A stretch of 64,000 nucleotides of DNA, from NCBI RefSeq assembly GCF_001194135.2, contig NC_068992.1, forward strand, positions 33,521,238-33,585,237, written 5' to 3'. Both the position numbers and the translations under genes were made by a program. This document shows, piece by piece, positions 26,025 to 38,860 of the stretch; position 1 is the stretch's first letter, and every line of letters begins with the position of its first letter. The DNA comes from Octopus bimaculoides. Lineage: Eukaryota. The notes under the pieces are model-generated. The model was given only the letters and a program-made list of their open reading frames with translations, was not told the DNA's origin and ran no database searches.

Positions 26025-26130
26025 TAGCTGAGAATGTGTGTCTGTCTGTAGGTATGCATCACTAAAACTCGAGAACTACTCAACCAATTTCATTCTTATT
26101 TTGCACATGCTTTACTTAGGGTCCATGCAA
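26025..26130 (+). mobile_element. Possible Helentron-associated (HINE/DINE-1-like) fragment
   Basis: tgtgtgtctgtctgt..aactcgagaactactcaaccaatttcatt..ttttgcac resembles the DINE-1 core. This rests on recall of the motif only. Confidence 0.35.
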
Positions 26131-26189
26131 AAAATTCTCAACTCCTGGGTGCCAGGGACTCTTTCCCATCCCAGTTACAAAAAAAAAAA

Positions 26190-26700
26190 ACGGACATTTT
26201 AATGTGGTGTGACAGAAAGAAAGTTGTGAATCTAGTCAAGTTAACAGTTCCTCATGAAGACAACCTGGACGCCACTCAGATGCAAAAGTTTCACCGTTAT
26301 GTAAACCTCCTTGAGGAATGTGAAGACACAGGTTGGAAAGCGGACCATTTTCCAATTGAAGTTAGATGTAGAGGGTTTGTTGGACACAGTGTGAGATGAC
26401 TGGTGTTATCATTAGGCCTGACACATCGTAAAGTAAATGACTGATGTTCAAACTACAGTGGAAAAGGCTAGCCACTGGATGCAGACATAATTAAAAAGAG
26501 ATGACGAGCGATGGCTAGAAGAATATTGAGCTTTATTTGATAACCAGTTGATAACCAGCAAGTGGGGTCTCATATCAGTGAGGTGGGGGTCGGTGCTCAT
26601 TGATGCTGTCGAAAGGTAGGCCCTGAAATGGCGCGCATTCTCTCCTGATGACCCCATACACTTACTGGCTTCTAATATGCAGAGTTCTCGACTGGTAACA
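26190..26700 (+). mobile_element. Restriction-like-endonuclease non-LTR retrotransposon 3' end (HERO/NeSL/R4-like)
   Basis: xDILMWCDRKKVVNLVKLTVPHEDN..KFHRYVNL..GWKADHFPIEVRCRGFVGHS is an RLE motif of the PD..ELTVP..K..Y..PIEVGCRGF type. Confidence 0.75.
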
Positions 26701-27024
26701 CTTGCATGTGCAAGCTGTTTGCAAAACACACACACATCTATATATTATAGTTTCAGACCAACCAAAGCCTTGTGAGTCGATTTCGTACACAGAAACTGAA
26801 AGAAGACTGTAGTATACATGTGTGTATTTGTGTGTCTGTGTGCTATGCATTATATATTTATATGCTATATATTTATATAAATATATTATAATAATAACTC
26901 CTTCAAACTTTGGCTCAAGGCTAGCAATTTCAGAGAAGCAGGTAAATTGCTTACATCAACCCCAGTTCTCAACTGCTATTTATTTTATCAATGCCGAAAA
27001 TATGAAAGGCAAAATCGATCAGCA

Positions 27025-27406
27025 AATAATAACTTGGGATGGAAATTCATAAGGTTTATTAATACATCACAACATGTTTTTGCACCTCCATATATTCACC
27101 AGATAAATTTTCCATATTCATAAGATATTATTTAAGATTAGTATCTATGAATTTGAAACTTTTTCAACACCGTTTCAATGTAGGTGTTTCCTCAGGCATC
27201 GCATTTTTTTTCCTGCAAGTCCTGCCTGAACAAGCATCTATGTTGAAATGGAGCTGGAAAACTTTCAAATTCATAAAGCCTAAGAGCAATCTTAAGTAAT
27301 ATCTTATGAATATGGAAAATTGTTACCTAATGAATATATGGAGTGCAGAAACATATGTTGTGCCACATTAATAAAGCTTATGAATTTCTATCCACAAGTT
27401 ATTATT
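27025..27406. repeat. Foldback (arms ~174 and ~184 bp, 24-bp spacer) with degenerate HHR cores at the inner end of both arms
   Basis: 27025-27198 is the reverse complement of 27223-27406. Outward reading: cctgaggaaacacctacattgaaacgg versus cctgaacaagcatctatgttgaaatgg. Confidence 0.75.
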
Positions 27407-27590
27407 GTATTTATCCTAAGCTGAAAGGAATTCCACTCTGTATAACCATACCATTAGATTACCCTAGAAGATGGAATTAACAGGTGGTAGCTAATGTGAA
27501 GCATAAGAGCTTTTAAGAGTACATTCTGAAGCTCTTGCCCAAACAAAACTAAATGAATGTGTACGTGTGTGTTTATATATATAGTACATA

Positions 27591-27833
27591 CATATAACAG
27601 GGATGACCACTAAGTAGACATCCCTTTTGCTAGAAGAAGACCACCTATGGTCTGACCACTAAGGAAAGATTGTTCTCAAGAAAAAAATCAGCAAACACTA
27701 GAACATAAGCAAGCAAGACAAATGAAAAGAATGCTGAATTTTTCTTGAGAACAATCTTTTCTTAGTGGTCAGACAGTAGGTGGTCTTCTTCTAGCAAAAG
27801 AGATGTCCATTTAGTGGTCATCCTTCTTATATG
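27591..27833. mobile_element. MITE with ~103-bp TIRs (Tc1/mariner-like)
   Basis: 27591-27693 versus 27732-27833. TA-rich ends and a cagggatgaccactaa terminus. No HHR motif is visible. Confidence 0.8.
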
Positions 27834-28023
27834 TATGTAATATAATTTTTCTGAATCTTCAGAATTTTCAATTTGCTAGGCCTTTGGTTTTAAATTGATA
27901 TTAATCAAATTAATATTCAATTTTTCACCCTTATCATTTAAATTTATATATATATAATAGAAATAGGTTTCAAAGAAAAAAGACTGCATGTGGTATAAAT
28001 AGGGAAAAAGTAAAAAGAAAAAA

Positions 28024-29764
28024 AAAGAAAATGCACATTAGATATAAAAAATAAAAGCTTTTTTAAGAAAAGCAAAAATATATACAAACATTTAGATGAT
28101 TTGAGGTGGAATTATGAATTATAAAAATCATTAGTATGATTCATTATAGAGATACAAAATCTTACTGGTATCGTCAGAGCTGATCACTGACTTTGAATGA
28201 ACACTGATATCCAAATGGTGTTAGATCTAATAGTACCTAAGTGAAAAGATTACATGCAGTTCTGGAAGTGATGCAATTAAGGTAGATATAAATACTGGAA
28301 TATGAATGGTGTATAGGATATATGGAGATTAGTGGGATTATTGGTAAGGTTAGTAGTGTCCAGTTTTAACTTGTGTGTTCATGTTGACTTGTGGATGATA
28401 TTATTAATGAAAGTTGCCTCCTTATTTAATCTTTGCTGTACTGAGGTGTTCTGTGAACATTGATAAGGGAAAATTAGGAAGTTCGGTTTAAGTTTCCTAA
28501 AACATCTTTCAATGTGCTCACTGACCTGTATCTGTCTATATTTTGGGTAGCGGATTTGTTCTTTGTGAAGAGATGTTCTTTGTTGGAGTGACATTCCTGT
28601 TTGGCCTATTTCCACACACTAAGCAAAGATTAAGTTTTCAGAGGCACAGGTGAAATCTCATTGTCTTAAGTATTTCACCTTGTTTGAAGTGAAACTTTGT
28701 ACCCTCTAAAAGGTGAGGGCATGTGTCACAGTTAGGCTGCTTGCATTTTTTCACTTTTGGTTTCATTATTAATGGATATAGTCTTGCGCTGATTAATATT
28801 TTTTTTTAATGATTTCGCTTGCATTTTGCTCTTGATAATTTTGTGTGAGCCCAAAATTTTGTTCATTGTTTTATCTTCTGTGAGGATGGGTAGATTTTGG
28901 ATTATGATGCTGAAGGCCTCATTGTTTCTAGGGTTGTGTGTGGAAATGTATGGGAGTGTTTGTAAATCTGGTTTAGTATTTCAGTTAACTGCCCTTAATG
29001 CTTGTATGTCTATTTCCTTTTGTTCATTTAATCCCATCATTTATTAATGATGTTGGGTAATATCTCTTGATTAGTGTTGATTTAAGTTCAAGGAGTCTTC
29101 ATCCATTAGTATTGGTATCTGAAACTACGGTACAGATTCTTTTCACTAGATTATAAAGTATATTAATTTTTATGTGTTTGGAGTGGTATGTGTTGAATAA
29201 TAGGTATTGTTTTGAAGTCGGTTTATAGAAGATGTCTGTTTTGATGTGGATATTGACTATTTTAATTAGGATATCAAGAAAAGGGAGTTGTTTATTGCTG
29301 TGTTCCATGGTGAATTGTATGTTGCTATTGATATTGTTGAGCATTATTTTGAAATTGAGGAGTTTGTCCATGCTATTGTTCCAAAGTATAAAGCAATCAT
29401 CTAAGTACCTCATCCAGTTCTCCTTTAAATAGCAATGAAATGAGGTGCCATATTTTTGTAGTTATGATTGGTATGTTTTAAGTTCTAGATAACCAATTAC
29501 AAGGTTCGCAATCACTGGGGCAGCTTGAGTTCCCATTGCAATTCCTCATTTTTGTCGATAATAAACCGTTTGGAAATCGGTGTTCATTCAAAGGTAGTGA
29601 TCAGTTTTGACGATACCAGTATGACTTTGAATCTCTATAATGATTCATAATAATGTTTTCTATACTTCATAACTCCACTTCAAATCATCTAATTGTATGT
29701 ATTTATCTTTGCTTTTCTTAAAAAAATGTCTTTATTTTTTATAGCCAATGTGCATTTTCTTCTT
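28024..29764 (-). mobile_element. Penelope-like element, 5'-truncated, capped by an inverted copy of its own 3' end
   Basis: RT: YYRQK*GIAMGTQAAPVIANL..RYLDDCFILW..QFTME..LPFLDI..TDIFYKPT. GIY-YIG: IGQTGMSLQQRTSLHKEQI. 28024-28218 is the reverse complement of 29565-29764. Confidence 0.9.
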
Positions 29765-29776
29765 ACTTTCCCCCTG

Positions 29777-30960
29777 CCCCTGGACTGGCTCATGTGCAGG
29801 CGACACATGAAATCTTTCGAGCGAGGTCATTACCGGTGCCCCTGGGCCGGCTCTTGTGCGGGTGACACATGAGGTTTTTCGAGCGAGATCGTTGCCGGTG
29901 CCCCCGGACTGGCTCATGTGCGGGCGACACATGATATCTTTCGTGTGAGATCGTTGCCAGTGCCCCTGGACTGGCTCTTGTGCGGGCGACACATGAAATC
30001 TTTCCGAGCGGGATCGTTGCCGGTGCCTCTGGGCTGGCTCTTGTGCGGGTGACACATGAGGTTTTTCGAGCGAGATCATTGCCAGTGCCCCTGAACTGGC
30101 TCTTGTGTGGGNNNNNNNNNNNNNNNNNNNNNNNNNNNNNNNNNNNNNNNNNNNNNNNNNNNNNNNNNNNNNNNNNNNNNNNNNNNNNNNNNNNNNNNNN
30201 NNNNNNNNNNNNNNNNNNNNNNNNNNNNNNNNNNNNNNNNNNNNNNNNNNNNNNNNNNNNNNNNNNNNNNNNNNNNNNNNNNNNNNNNNNNNNNNNNNNN
30301 NNNNNNNNNNNNNNNNNNNNNNNNNNNNNNNNNNNNNNNNNNNNNNNNNNNNNNNNNNNNNNNNNNNNNNNNNNNNNNNNNNNNNNNNNNNNNNNNNNNN
30401 NNNNNNNNNNNNNNNNNNNNNNNNNNNNNNNNNNNNNNNNNNNNNNNNNNNNNNNNNNNNNNNNNNNNNNNNNNNNNNNNNNNNNNNNNNNNNNNNNNNN
30501 NNNNNNNNNNNNNNNNNNNNNNNNNNNNNNNNNNNNNNNNNNNNNNNNNNNNNNNNNNNNNNNNNNNNNNNNNNNNNNNNNNNNNNNNNNNNNNNNNNNN
30601 NNNNNNNNNNNNNNNNNNNNNNNNNNNNNNNNNNNNNNNNNNNNNNNNNNNNNNNNNNNNNNNNNNNNNNNNNNNNNNNNNNNNNNNNNNNNNNNNNNNN
30701 NNNNNNNNNNNNNNNNNNNNNNNNNNNNNNNNNNNNNNNNNNNNNNNNNNNNNNNNNNNNNNNNNNNNNNGGCTCTTGTGCGGGTGACACATGAGGTTTT
30801 TCGAGCGAGATCGTTGCCGGTGCCCCCGGACTGGCTCATGTGCGGGCGACACATGATATCTTTCGTGTGAGATCGTTGCCAGTGCCCCTGGACTGGCTTT
30901 TGTGCGGGTGGCACATAAATGACACCATTTCGAGCGTGGCCGTTGCCAGTACCGCCTGAC
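29777..30960. repeat. 62-bp minisatellite inside an RTE-tail repeat, spanning a 659-N gap
   Basis: Units start at 29777, 29839, 29901, 29963, 30026 and 30088. The array resumes after the gap. Confidence 0.9.
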
Positions 30961-31160
30961 TGGCCTTCGTGCGGGTGACACGTAAAAGCACCCACTACAC
31001 TCTCTGAGTGGTTGGCGTTAGGAAGGGCATCCAGCTGTAGAAACTCTGCCAAATTAGATTGGAGCTTGGTGTTGCCATCCGGTTTCACCAGTCCTCAGTC
31101 AAATCGTCCAACCCATGCTAGCATGGAAAGCGGACGTTAAACGATGATGATGATGATGAT
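30900..31160 (+). mobile_element. Young RTE-LINE 3' tail
   Basis: Near-identical reverse complement of 49400-49680. Confidence 0.8.
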
Positions 31161-32232
31161 GATATATATACATACATACACACACACATACATACACCTG
31201 TAAAAATATTGAGAGAGAGAGAGTATGGAAGTATAAGTACCAAAGTTAGTGGCAGTCGGGGAGAAAGAAAAACATGATAAATTGAGAAACTGACTCTAGA
31301 AAATAGCAAGAAATGGAGTCAAACAAAAGAAAGTGTTTGATATAGTGAAGTTAAGGTGAAAAGAAAACAATACAGAATTGATAAAGCAGTAAGGGGAGAG
31401 AAAAAGTAAATCCATAGCGATATGTGTTGGAAAGTCAGTAAAGATATCTGAAGACCAGATAGACGTGTTAAATTTTAGTACCTTCTTAGGCTAGAGTTAA
31501 AAGATGACAAGGATTGTTAGAGAGTAAGAAACGTTTGTGAAATGAAAAAAAGAGGAGAGCAAAGATTATTGTATTTAATGATCATTGATTTCCCTTGGGA
31601 TGGAACAAAATGGAAATCCCAATTTCTCGTTTTCTTTTTTCTTCCTTTCCCTAAACTTGAAGGAGTTGTATAGAGAAAGAAAAAGGAAACAAAATTTAAG
31701 ATGCTGTGAAACTTATCACCTACAAAGAAAAGATCAAATATTGACAACCAAAGGATCCACACATCACTAAATTTTAGAAACGATATGTGATATTTTCACA
31801 GCTCAATCCACAACATAATGCAAAATTGGAAGGGGAGAAAAAAAGAGAGGATTACAAAAAGTTTTTTCTAAGTAAGTTACTCCAGTTATAAAACATTTTA
31901 TGTTTCACCACTTCTCTCCATAAAAAAATACAACTTAGAAGGTGCTGCAGGGTTGTACTGAAATTTGGTAATATAATTGCAAACGACAATAATATGATTC
32001 TAACCTTTATATCTTGAAAAAATATTAAATTATAGCTGTCATTTCTAATGATTATATGTGCTTCAAAAGAAAATATATTTTATGTGTCCTATATATTTAT
32101 ATATGTTCTTGTAAATATTCCTGTGATGAAACATTGTAGGAAAAAAATGACATCAAACTCTAGGAGCACTTTTGAAATTTATAATGCAAAAAAGATAATT
32201 CTTTATGATCAAAATCAGATCTCTTCAATAGC

Positions 32233-33494
32233 TATGAGGGTTGGCTGATAAGTTCATAAGTTAACCAAGATCTTCTCATGCAATCTGGTCAAATGCGATT
32301 TATTTTGCAACATAATCCCCCTTGTGATCCACATACTTCTTCTATCGGTGTTGCAGTGCTTCAATCCCATTGGTGAAGAAGCTTGGTCAAACAAACTATC
32401 TACTGCTCATATGACAATACCATCACTGCAATACTGGTTTCTGGCCGAGTGTTTTTTTATGTTGGGGGACAGATGATAGTCAGACGGGACCAAATCAGAA
32501 TAGGGAGGGTGATCAACCAATTCAAAGTCACAGTTACACACAGCAGCTATTGAAAGGACTTGTGTGCCAGAGCATTTTCCTCATGAAATAAGACTGCTCC
32601 AGTCACTTTTCCTGGCTCTTTGCTCTTGATAGCCTGTGGTAACTGCTTCAGGAAGTTGGCGTTGTACTCTACATTGATGGTGCGGTCATTTTGCAAATAG
32701 TCAATAAACATGATGCCTTTTGCATTCCAAAAAACTGAGGCCATCACCTTTCCTGTAGATAAAATGACCTTGTGGAGCAGGTGAGGAGGGCTGTTCCCAC
32801 TGTATAGATTGTCTCTTTGTCTAGATCAAAGTGATGAACTCAATGCTCATCGTAGATTAAGAAATGTTCAAAGAAACCAGCTGAATCTGTCTAAAACTAT
32901 GTCAGATTTTCCTGTGATGTGATCAGTCTGGTGCACCTTTGATCAGTTGTCAGAAGAAATGGCACCCACTGGGCAGAAACCTTCATCATACCATGTTCAT
33001 TGTGTAGAATATTCACAACTCTTTCATGAGATATGCCAATAGCATTGGCAATTTGATTTATGATCAATTTCCTGTCATCCTATTGGTATATGGTAAACAT
33101 GATCAATATTTTACTCAGTAGCAGCAAATGCAGGATGTTCAGATATTGGGTCATCTTCAGGACTATCCCTTATCTTCCTCAATGCAGCTATCTACTTTTG
33201 CACTTGATAAAGCTGGAGGTTCATCCCCTAATGTAGCAACCATGTCAGCCATAATGTGCTTGGGTGCTAAACCCTTTTCTTCAAGTACTTGATAACAACA
33301 CAATGCCAAATTTTATCCATTTTCAAGAGCAGTTGCTACTAGTTAATTTTGAACAATCAGATGTCAATTTGTTTGGAAAGAAACAATGCAGTTATTAATT
33401 AGAAGGTTTGAAATTAATGCATGCAAGATTTCACAGTTAGTTTTAGCATCACTCCTTCATAGTCAGCTTATGAACTATTATGCTCACCCTTATA
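32233..33494 (-). mobile_element. Near full-length degenerate mariner
   Basis: TIRs tatgagggttggctgataagttcataag / revcomp tataagggtgagcataatagttcataag. Transposase motifs MASVFWNAKGIMFIDYLQ..VLFHEENA and PSDYHL. Confidence 0.9.
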
Positions 33495-33546
33495 CATGCA
33501 TATGTACATATATGCATACATACATATGTATATAAACAAACAAACA

Positions 33547-33766
33547 TATGAAGGGTGCTGAAAAGTTCCTGGCTTGGGTAAAGGAAGATACAGGAGAATC
33601 AGTTAATTATGATTTTATTCAACATATTTCCTTTTCAGATTCCCACACTTAGTACAGCAGTCCTTCAGATTTTCTAAGTCTTGTAAAAGAACTCGGAAGA
33701 TTGAGCCTCCAGCCAGGCCTTTCGCAATACCCTTAAAACCAGGAATCTTTCAGCAACCCTTACATA
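33547..33766. mobile_element. Mariner-derived MITE (~220 bp)
   Basis: tatgaagggtgctgaaaagttcctgg / ccaggaatctttcagcaacccttacata. Confidence 0.75.
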
Positions 33767-35899
33767 TCATCATCATCATCATCATCACCATTTAACATTC
33801 GTTTACTGTTTGCTGGACATTTTGACAGGAGCTGACAAGTCAGAGAACTCCAGATGATTGCTTTGGCATGGTTTTTACAGCTGGATGCCCTTCCTAGTCC
33901 TAACCACTTTACAGAGTGAACTGAAAGTTTTTTTTTATGTGGTACCAGTATGCCAAGTTTTGTAGCTTGCTTGGTTTCTGTCTTTTGATAAAGCACAGAG
34001 ATGGGTGACAGCCCTTGCTGTCACTGGTGTCATCTTTCTGTGCTATTACTGTCTCCCTAGTAGTCACCAAACTATTCTGGGTCATCACCCATTGAATACC
34101 TTTCGTTCAATTCTTCTACACCATTTATTTCATTCAAACAATTTACAATTCACTTAGATATTCTTTATTCTATCAACACATAATTCCTGGGTGTCACTGG
34201 CTGATCCAAGCTTCAATTATATGTATGCATCAAATAGAACATCATAATTTCAAAAGAAACATGAAACATAATTCATTTGTTGACTCATTTTATTGTAACT
34301 GCAACTTTGCTGGTTTAGCCACCAACTTCCGAGGATCCACCTATTTTGGTACATGCTCATAGGAGTTTGTTTTTGGCAGTTTTATCTTAAGGACTTTGAT
34401 TCTATCTCATATTCTAATCATTCAGATATTGATGAACTAGAAAAATTCACCAAAGTAGATGATGTAATGTGGTATTTGGCTTTGCTCCAAGTTGCCATAA
34501 ACAACCTACAGATGCAAACACATAATGGATTTTGAGTGAATAAGTTGGATAGTTAGAACAGTGACTTATGTTTTCTCAGCTTTACTCGTTAGTTGGTGGC
34601 AGTGCCAACAAAGACTCAAGATAGGCAGTTTGTACAGCAGAAGTGATAATATTTACCTATGGAACTATTTTATAGCTTGGTAGGGTCTCATCAAAATTAA
34701 GCCCTTGCTATACTAAACCTAAGTACTATTTATTTCAGTAGGGACTTACTATTTAACCAATATAGAGTTCTTGATGTCAATACAAGGATATTCATATATA
34801 AATATTCCAGTTCTGAAAATAATGTAACCATCATATATCATATTAGATCTCTTCAGCCTTGAAATATTTCTGTAAAGACATTAGAATCAATTTCAGATTA
34901 CATTCATGTATTCTACTTAATAAAAGCTGTACCACCTGGGAAGCTTCCTAGAAGCCAGCAGCTGTTCAACTCTTAGTATATGTCTCATTTCAATGATTTG
35001 CCAGGACATTTTTATTGCATTTCATCACTGGTTAATTAAGTACCAACAACAGTTACAAATCACGATTGACATTGTTTTCTCTATACTGTCTAACTTCTCT
35101 GCTTATAGCTCAAAATTCCACAAATAATGTCCCACAAAAGCATTTTAGCTGTCATATTATAAATTATTAAGTGGGAGATGAATAATGCCAATAATATTAC
35201 ACTTCTATGACATATCTCACTCAGCTAATCTTAAAAGTGATGTATTAAAACCAATAAGTTTTTCATTTCATAGTTCTGTGTATAATTGAAAGAAGAGAAT
35301 TAAGCCACTTTACTTTTATTCTTTATTTTTATTCTTTCATTCAATTGTACACTATTTATCTTATTCAAACAATACACAATTCACTTATATATTCATTATT
35401 TTACCAGTGTTCTATTCTGACTTGCTGCACTACACAATCAGAATACTCTGCTTCTGCACTACATTAACCGTAGGAAGAACACAAAAGCCAACCAAATTAC
35501 AATTTTCAGTAATATTTTCTCATTCTTTAGAGCTAGAATGGCCAAGATAATCAGAACCAGACCATCCTGCTGTTAGTACTGCATTGTCTCCTTGGATCAA
35601 ACTCTTAACTATCAAATTGTCTAGACCATCTTTCTAAAATAGGTTCTGTATGATGAGAATTGCTATTATAGTGGGATCACTGTTGTTGTTTAACCCTGGG
35701 TCAGCAGACCTTTGATCATAATGGTTCAGTCCACTGCCATCCAGTATTTTTTCTTCAAGCATAGGGAACACACTATTCAATGTGTCTTTGTTTCAGCGTG
35801 ATACAGTATGATTTGAAAGGTGAATAAGCTCTTCAAGAGAAGTGCTAGTGGATTACAGGAAGCATGGTCTTTTTGAAGGATGCAGTGTCTTGACAGGCA

Positions 35900-36700
35900 A
35901 CAACCTATGCTGTTAGTTTACTCCATACTTCAACAATTCTGAGTATGCAAAAGAGTTTCTGAAAGTCATGAGTGTAGCATGGTCTATGATTTTATAAAAA
36001 TAGAACATGCCAAATATTCAGTTTAATAGTGGCCAAAGTTGTTGATGGAAAAATAGTGGATAATCTTGTGGACTTCTACAAGTCAGCAGCAAGTCATTGA
36101 AGCTTTATAGTGTCAGAAGTAAAACATTCAAGATATAGTAGGTGACTGATTGAAGGTATTTGTCTGGTCACACATCACTGGACAGATTCCAGTAGCTTGA
36201 TATTCTGGACAAGATAGGGTTCCAAACTGGAGTTACAAGCTGTAAGTATGAACATAACAGCCATTTGAAGCTTTAAATAAATAACTAGTGGAACAACTGA
36301 CAAACTGAGAGATGATTTTTAGAAATGTGATTTAGCCAACACAGATCATTATTGACAATAGTCACTAGTCTATAGTCAGCCAGCTCGAGTTGCCACTCAG
36401 CAATCCATTGCTTCATTGTGTCCAGGTACAGAAAAGCTCTATATCATGTAGGATCCATTTTTTTAATCTCAAGGTGCAGTGTAATGTTACCTGCATATTT
36501 GAATATTTTAAATGCTTCAAGTTGGCGTCTGCTTTGTTAATAGGTGCAACAAACAATATGGGACTAAAACCAAATACTTGCAGGGCATACGATGTTATTG
36601 CTTAGGATGTCTTATTGGGACTACCTATTTCCTACTGAGAATGAAACTATAAGAATAGTGCTCACTTTGAAACAAATAGCTGTGAAAATGCTACATCTGG
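35900..36700 (-). pseudogene. Ancient LINE RT remnant (clade uncertain)
   Basis: Minus strand LQVFGFSPILFVAPINK followed by KYAGNITL..DIELFCTW resembles the PQG..SPxLF and YADD motifs. The boundaries are approximate. Confidence 0.35.
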
Positions 36701-38860
36701 AATTTTAACAGTAAAAATGTTAGCTTAACATTCAACAATAAGTCCTGTACATTTTTGGGGATTGCCAGTAATCTGACTTGTATGTGTGAATTGTAGAGAA
36801 GGCTAACTAGAGAACGAGGCCTCTATTTTGAACACACATATTTCCAGAACACTTTATTATCTGGGTTGATTGTTACATGTTGTTCAAATTTAATTACTGC
36901 CATTTTAGTAACCTGCTTGCTAATCTATGGTCAGATGTTCTGTTGCACCTTCTTTTATTCCCTGTAATCTGTATTCATGTTCAGCATCTGATCACTCTTT
37001 CCTGGTATGACAGACTGCAGTAGTCACTCAAATTGCACTTTTGAAGTTTCTACTCTATTTCTGAGCATTGATGCTTCACCTGCAGCTCAGACTGGATTTA
37101 AGATCACCAACTCTGGAATCATGAAATTTTTGCCAGTTTGGACACTCAAACTCAATACAATAATAGTTCCAGTCAGTTTTATTCTACCCAAAGCAAGTAG
37201 TTTGGAGGTGATGGCAGTCTTTCTTACTGCTCATAAGAGGTAGTAGGTTGGTATGATCTGAGCTGCCTGAAGCTTCCTTGGTAGTGATGCAGTTAACTGT
37301 TTCAGGAGCAGTAAATAGCATATAAAAAGAGCTGTTACTTTTTGTAGGGAATGTGACTACATGGGACCAGTTTGAATCAAGCATTATGCCATGCTCTTAG
37401 CAATTAAAGTGGTTTCTCTAAAACAAGTTGCTGTCAGCCTTGCTAGAAACACCATTGCAGAGCAAAGAATGCGTCCATGTTTCTGTGACTAATGAAATCA
37501 ATAATTTAAATGGAAGAATCAAGAAGGTGAACTTTGTTACATACATTTTAGGTACTTAAATTTGTGCCTGGATTCAAACCCACGATGAGAGAATAGTGTT
37601 TTATTCTTGCTTTTACTGTCCTTCTAAGTTTGATATCCTCATACCAGCTTGCATTCCTTTTCAATGTATCACCAGACTTGTCAAATTTCCATATTTGTGC
37701 ATCGGTTAGAACTTCTATATAGTACTGAGTGACAATATAAGAAAGCCTCAATATGTAACTTTGGGTGCATATTTGGTGGTAAATCAACACAAGTTTGAAA
37801 TGTGATTCAGTTTTCATACTAGTCTTATCTTATCAGAGGCTAAGTTGTATATACATGTCACCATAGAACTGGAAAACGTTAATCAAATTAATCTGCATCT
37901 GAGTCCTGCTTTACTGAGGCAAAGAACACCTTTTGGAGGAATGCTGTTGACTTTAAACGAAGTGCCAGTAAACGCCTATAGATTGGCAATTTCCTTGGAT
38001 ACACCAATAGCAATTAGATCATGCATGGCAGATTCAATGATTTTCCCAATGCACCTCAATTTAGCTATAGCTGGGAGCAGGTTTCTAAGCAAATTATTCT
38101 GATATGAACCCTTATTATGTAGTTCTATATGGAATTTTGCTTTAATATTTGTTACATTAATGCTCCCATCAGAAATCAATTATTGAATTTTCATATCCTC
38201 CTAAGGCTGGCCAGCTTTTTGTTAAATAGCAATACTGGAAGAAAACAAATTGGTGAGGCACTGAAGAGACAAATCAGAGCCATTTTCTAGCACCTGTCCA
38301 ATATAGAATCAAAGTATGCAGTTTTTTTTTTTTATGGTCATTTGGAAGTTAGGTATCTTTGAAAAATTAGGGAAGTTCAGTAGTAGCAGCAATATGTGAT
38401 ATTATGTCTTTTTCAAAACCTTAAACTGACATGAAGAAATGGATTTAAATTTTCATCTATTTTTTTAGGTTCCCCTTGTACTGCAGATATGTTGCAGCAC
38501 TGCCTTAGAGAATGTTTACTTGATTTGACTGACTCCGGTATTTTATTTCATACTTTAAGATACAAAACAAAGTGGCATTTACTGTGAATATTTGGAGGTA
38601 ATTCCTATTTGAATGCATCAGTATTAACTCCTCATTTGAATGCATCAGTATTAACCCCCCCCCACACACACACACATGCACATATATAAATGTATGTAAC
38701 ATACAGTGATATATGATTTTGTTTTATATATTTATCTGTATATATATTAAGTAAAAAACAGTTACCTTCTCAAGTCATGTCGACTCACAAGGGCTGATTT
38801 CCTGGTTTCCATGGTGTATATATTCCCCACCTGGACAGGACACCAGTCCACTACAGTGTT

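Noticed and set aside
27591-27833. Foldback considered for the HHR/PLE class
   Set aside because: It has no ribozyme core, and its termini fit an ordinary Tc1/mariner MITE.
29777-30960. CRISPR-like regular array
   Set aside because: These are contiguous tandem units without unique spacers, in eukaryotic context with no cas genes.
29732-31088. Long ORFs (226-432 aa) in the ORF track
   Set aside because: They are artefacts of the N gap and the GC-rich minisatellite.
31070-31100. Minus-strand CUGAGGA cuggu GAAA CCGG in the RTE tail
   Set aside because: Stem II is too short and there is no UH triplet. The sister copy at 49470 lacks GAAA.
38607-38655. 27-bp-period tandem duplication
   Set aside because: An ordinary slippage duplication.
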